In this document: positions 60,337-64,000 of the stretch, in pieces
How the letters are laid out: each line of letters begins with the position of its first letter
Numbering within the stretch: position 1 is the stretch's first letter
Source: Planctomycetota bacterium
Lineage (GTDB): Bacteria > Planctomycetota > UBA8108 > SXIK01
NCBI GenBank assembly: GCA_965223845.1
Contig: CBDCXR010000004.1
Coordinates: 7,552,001-7,616,000, forward strand
Length of the DNA: 64,000 nucleotides
Reading direction: 5' to 3'
Position numbers and translations under genes: made by a program
The notes under the pieces: generated by a model
What the model was told of the DNA's origin: nothing
The model's input: only the letters and a program-made list of their open reading frames with translations
Databases searched by the model: none

Positions 60337-60795
60337 CGTACCGAGGCCGGGGTGGAAGCTGGAGGCTCGAGGCGCGGCGGGCGGTCGCCCCCGCTCCAGT
60401 GCGCGCGAGTCGCGCGCGACGACGCACTGTACCCGGATTGCTGCGGCGATGAAACGGTCCCCGATGGCGAGCCGTCGGAGATCCCGATGTCGGTTCTCCC
60501 GTCACTCGGATGTGGAGTGGAAAAGCGGGTGAGGTTCTCGTAAAGCTAATTAATGTTTAGAGTTGTGTCGGTTTCGCGCGGCGATTGAACCGGCCCGCGT
60601 GTTCCGATATCCTGTCGGGTCGGTAGCGGCGCCCACCCGTCGGTTCGGGGGCGACTCCCGCGTACGCAGGAATCGACGCGCGTTGAACAGCTCGGATGGA
60701 ACGAAACGGGCTGAACGACCTGGGGGATCCGGCGCTCGAGCCGGGCCGCGCGTCGGCGGACCGACCGATCGGGTGAATCGATAGTTGATGGATCG

Positions 60796-62829
60796 ATGCT
60801 AACGCTCGAAGTTCGCCGCCGCGACGAGGCGGGGAGCACTCTGTTTCAGAGTCGGAAGACGCCCGTCTTCGTCGGCCGAGATCGCGCGATGGATCTCGTC
60901 CTCGACGACCCGCTGATTTCGCGCCAGCACGCGGTGATCGTCGCTCGCGCCGGCCGCTTCGTCCTTCAGGACATCGGCGGACGGAATCCGATCCGCGTCA
61001 ACGAGGTCGAGCGCGTCAGTCACGCCCTCGAGCCGGGCGACGTCATCTCGATCGGCGACACCGACCTCGTCGTCGCCGCGACGGACGAGGACGCCGCGCG
61101 GGCCAGCGACTCGGTCGGGCCCACCGTCGTCGACGCGCGCGAAACGATCGCACGCTTTCGCCGGACGGGTACGCTCGACGGCCGAAACGCCGACGACACG
61201 GACGCGCCGGGGGGAGCCCGCCCCTCGCGGGCGGCCGGTCGCTCCGAGCGCGACCTTCGAAGCCTCCGCCAGTTCGGCGAGCTCATTCATAGCCTCGCGG
61301 ATCGGCAGCGGGTGCTCGAAGCGGCGCTCGACATCGTGTTCGAGCACCTGAGTGTCATCCGCTGCTTCGTGGGTGATTTCGTCGCGGGCGATCAACTCGT
61401 CATCCGCGCGGAGCGATCGCTCCAGCCGGATTCTGGATCTCGCCGGCGGGACTACAGCCAGACGATCGTCGAGCGCGTCCGCCGGGACGCCGTCTCGATC
61501 CTCTTCAATCCGAGCGCGGATTCGAGCGACGAGTCGCTCGGCGGGGAGGAGGCGCGCGGGCCGGACTCGGGGCGCGTCGAGCCGAAGGACACCGCATCGC
61601 GGGGCATCGAGTCGAAGAGCATCGTTCGGTTGAAGATCAATAGCGCGATGTGTCTCCCGCTATTCCGAGCCGACGACGTCACGGGCGTCCTCTATCTCGA
61701 TAGCCGCGAAGGGATGTCGAGCTTCGACCAGCAAGACCTTCACTTCGCGAGCGTGCTCTCGCACTTCATTTCGCTCGCGCTCGAGAAGGAAGAGCTCTAT
61801 GAGCGGATCCAGGCCGAAAACCTCGAGCTAAAGTCGATCCTCCACCAGAAGAACCGCATGATCGCCGTCGGGCCCTCGGCAAAGGAGGTCCTCCGGCGCA
61901 TCAAACGAGTGGCGCAGTTCGACACGACGGTCCTCGTCACCGGCGAGAGCGGCACGGGGAAAGAGCTCGTCGCGCGTGGCATTCACGATCGTTCTCCGCG
62001 GCGAGCGCATCCGTTCGTCGCGGTCAACTGCGCGGCGATTCCCGAGACGCTGCTCGAGAGCGAGCTCTTCGGCTACGCGCCGAAGTCCGGAATCAGCGGC
62101 AGCAATCCGCAGGGAAAACCCGGAAAGTTCGAGCTCGCGCACGGCGGGACGCTCTTCCTCGACGAGATCGGTGACATGACGCTCTCGACGCAGGCGAAGA
62201 TTCTCCGCGTGCTCGAGGATCGCGTCGTCGATCGACTCGGATCCGAGCAGGGAGTCGAAGTCGATCTCCGGATCGTAGCCGCGACGAACCGCCAGCTTCA
62301 AAAGGCCGTCGAGGAGGGACGATTCCGCGAGGATCTCTATTACCGACTCAAGGTCTTCGACGTTCACCTGCCGCCGCTTCGCGAGCGCCGGGACGACATC
62401 CTTCCCCTCTGTCAGCACTTTCTCAGCCTGCATCCGCCGGAAGGACGGCCGCCCGCCGAGCTGTCGCCGCGCGCCAAAGAGCTCGTCCTCGCTTACCCCT
62501 GGCCGGGAAATATCCGCGAGCTCAAGAACTGCATCGAGCAGGCGCTGCTCCTCTCGAACGGACGCACGATCTACCCGGAAAACCTGCCGAGCGATCTGCG
62601 TCGGGGCGATCATCCGCAGGAGTTCGCGAGTCTCGCCGAGCTCGAGGCTCAGTACATCGCGCAGGTGCTCCAGAGCGTCAATTGGAACAAGCGGCGCGCG
62701 GCCCAGGTTCTCGGAATCAACCGCTCCACGCTTTACGAGAAGATCAAAGTCTATGAGTTAACGCCCCCGGCGGCCGACGCGGGACTCGCGAGTGGCGCGG
62801 CGGGAAACGGCGCGGAAACTAGATCATGA
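60796..62829 (+). CDS. FHA-GAF-AAA+-Fis HTH enhancer-binding-protein-like regulator
   Basis: FHA 'VGR...SRQHA'; GAF 'SAMCLPL...GVLYLDS'; 'GESGTGKE', 'LFLDEIG', 'FREDLYYRL', 'WPGNIREL'; HTH 'AAQVLGINRSTLY'. Confidence 0.9.
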   Translation: MLTLEVRRRDEAGSTLFQSRKTPVFVGRDRAMDLVLDDPLISRQHAVIVARAGRFVLQDIGGRNPIRVNEVERVSHALEPGDVISIGDTDLVVAATDEDAARASDSVGPTVVDARETIARFRRTGTLDGRNADDTDAPGGARPSRAAGRSERDLRSLRQFGELIHSLADRQRVLEAALDIVFEHLSVIRCFVGDFVAGDQLVIRAERSLQPDSGSRRRDYSQTIVERVRRDAVSILFNPSADSSDESLGGEEARGPDSGRVEPKDTASRGIESKSIVRLKINSAMCLPLFRADDVTGVLYLDSREGMSSFDQQDLHFASVLSHFISLALEKEELYERIQAENLELKSILHQKNRMIAVGPSAKEVLRRIKRVAQFDTTVLVTGESGTGKELVARGIHDRSPRRAHPFVAVNCAAIPETLLESELFGYAPKSGISGSNPQGKPGKFELAHGGTLFLDEIGDMTLSTQAKILRVLEDRVVDRLGSEQGVEVDLRIVAATNRQLQKAVEEGRFREDLYYRLKVFDVHLPPLRERRDDILPLCQHFLSLHPPEGRPPAELSPRAKELVLAYPWPGNIRELKNCIEQALLLSNGRTIYPENLPSDLRRGDHPQEFASLAELEAQYIAQVLQSVNWNKRRAAQVLGINRSTLYEKIKVYELTPPAADAGLASGAAGNGAETRS

Positions 62830-63003
62830 TGGTGCGCCGCCCGAAGCGCGAACCGTGACGTTTTCGGAATGCGCGTTCCGTCGCTTCAGGCGCCGGCGCG
62901 CGCTCCAGAGCGCGGGGGAATTCGCCGATCTACGGGAAGTCGACTCGATCGACCGCGCACCGCGAACGAGACGCCAGTTGACTGGCAGCTTCGAGGACAA
63001 GAG

Positions 63004-63639
63004 ATGACCGACATGACACTGGATCTGGTGGAAAAGGGACTCGCCGAGCACGTCGACCGCACGGTGGAGATGCTCCAGCGCATCGACATGACGGCGATCC
63101 GCACGCTGATCGACAAGCTGCACGGAGCCTACGAAGAAGGTTCGCGGGTGTTCCTTTTCGGGAACGGCGGGAGCGCGGCGACGGCGTCTCACTTCGCCGA
63201 GGATCTCGCCAAGGGCATCCTCAAGGACATGGACGAGACCAAGCGACTCCGGGTCCTCAGCCTCACCGATTCCGTCCCGTTCATCTCCGCGCTGGGAAAC
63301 GACTGCGGGTTCGAGACGATCTTCCGCGAGCAGCTGATTACGAACGCCTCTCCGGGCGACCTCGCCATCGCGATCAGCGGATCGGGCAACAGCCCGAACG
63401 TCCTCAACGCGATGAAGTGGGCATCGGAGAACGGACTCTGGACGTGCGCGATGACGGGTTTCAACGGCGGTAAGCTGAAGCCGATGGTCGATACGTGCGT
63501 CCACGTTCCGATCCTCGACATGGAAGTCGCCGAGAATGCGCACATGATCGCTGTTCACCTCGTCGTGAGCGGACTGCGAAAGACGCTCGAGATCGCGCGT
63601 GAAAGCGAGACCGATTCGTCGCTCGGCGACGCGGGTTGA
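63004..63639 (+). CDS. gmhA: SIS-domain phosphoheptose isomerase (GmhA-like)
   Basis: 'FGNGGSAA.ASH', 'GND', 'ISGSGNSPNV', 'TGFNGG', 'ENAH'. Confidence 0.8.
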   Translation: MTDMTLDLVEKGLAEHVDRTVEMLQRIDMTAIRTLIDKLHGAYEEGSRVFLFGNGGSAATASHFAEDLAKGILKDMDETKRLRVLSLTDSVPFISALGNDCGFETIFREQLITNASPGDLAIAISGSGNSPNVLNAMKWASENGLWTCAMTGFNGGKLKPMVDTCVHVPILDMEVAENAHMIAVHLVVSGLRKTLEIARESETDSSLGDAG

Positions 63640-63836
63640 GGCCGAACGTCGCCGCGAGCGTTCGTCCTCGCCCGGGGCGTCGATCCCGGTGTCCGTAGAA
63701 TGACGAAGGTCTTCCGTCCCGCTCGGGTAGCACACCTTCAGTCGGTGCGGCGCCACCTCCTCGTTAGCAGCTTCCGACCCAAGGCGGCTCGCCGCTGCGC
63801 TGAGCGAGGCGGGTGAGCCGTCCGGGTTAGCCCGTC

Positions 63837-64000
63837 ATGTCTTCTCTCCTCCGGATGATCGACGCGAATCTGAATCGCCTCGCCGAGGCGCTTCGCGTCG
63901 TCGAAGACGTCGCGCGTTTCCATCTGGACTCCGCGCCTCGCGCCGCTGCGCTGAAGGAGCTCCGGCACGCGGCGTTTCGCGTGGTTTCCGAAGTCGGCGT
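63837..64000 (+). CDS. thiE: Thiamine-phosphate synthase, N-terminal ThiD2-type extension (partial, runs off the window)
   Basis: Manual translation MSSLLRMIDANLNRLAEALRVVEDVARF...KELRH matches the 'DANLNR..E.LRV.ED' N-terminus. Confidence 0.75.
   Translation, partial: MSSLLRMIDANLNRLAEALRVVEDVARFHLDSAPRAAALKELRHAAFRVVSEVG

Noticed and set aside
63640-63836. TPP riboswitch upstream of thiE
   Set aside because: Only a CUGAG-like fragment is present; the remaining conserved core is not seen.
1-64000. Apparent abundance of TCGA/CGATCG palindromes (HIP1-like)
   Set aside because: Plausibly explained by NTC-GAN codon pairs in a GC-rich genome; it needs an observed/expected calculation that I cannot run.

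Overview
GC-rich bacterial chromosomal window. It is mostly housekeeping and probably comes from a diderm Planctomycetota-like lineage; that assignment is an inference from waaA/gmhA, the dockerin-like C-termini, the TsaC-phosphatase fusion and the ThiD2-ThiE form. In order it carries: a SurA/PpiD-like chaperone, a TsaC/YwlE-type fusion, a PfkB kinase, alaS, the rpmF-plsX-fabH-fabD-fabG-acpP-fabF-serA cluster, a double-FHA protein, xerD, secA, waaA, metK, two dockerin-like secreted proteins, nadD, ald, a polyprenyl synthase, moaC, folD, mutL, a YmfF/YmfH-like M16 pair, a MoxR-vWA-DUF58 operon, clpC, a degenerate STAND/TPR protein, three lipoproteins, an atypical FHA-GAF enhancer-binding protein, gmhA and a partial thiE. 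The main finding is the first gene of the MoxR-vWA operon (38967-40742). It reads through two in-frame TGA codons that sit in a duplicated PGGT-[TGA]-xGxG motif just after a CxxC, and each TGA is followed by a GGU-loop hairpin resembling a bacterial SECIS. This suggests a protein with two selenocysteines that standard ORF calling truncates. Three unannotated promoter-to-terminator units (candidate sRNAs or an attenuator) and two 15-bp tandem repeats were also found. All functional calls come from motif recognition by eye; no database searches were run.
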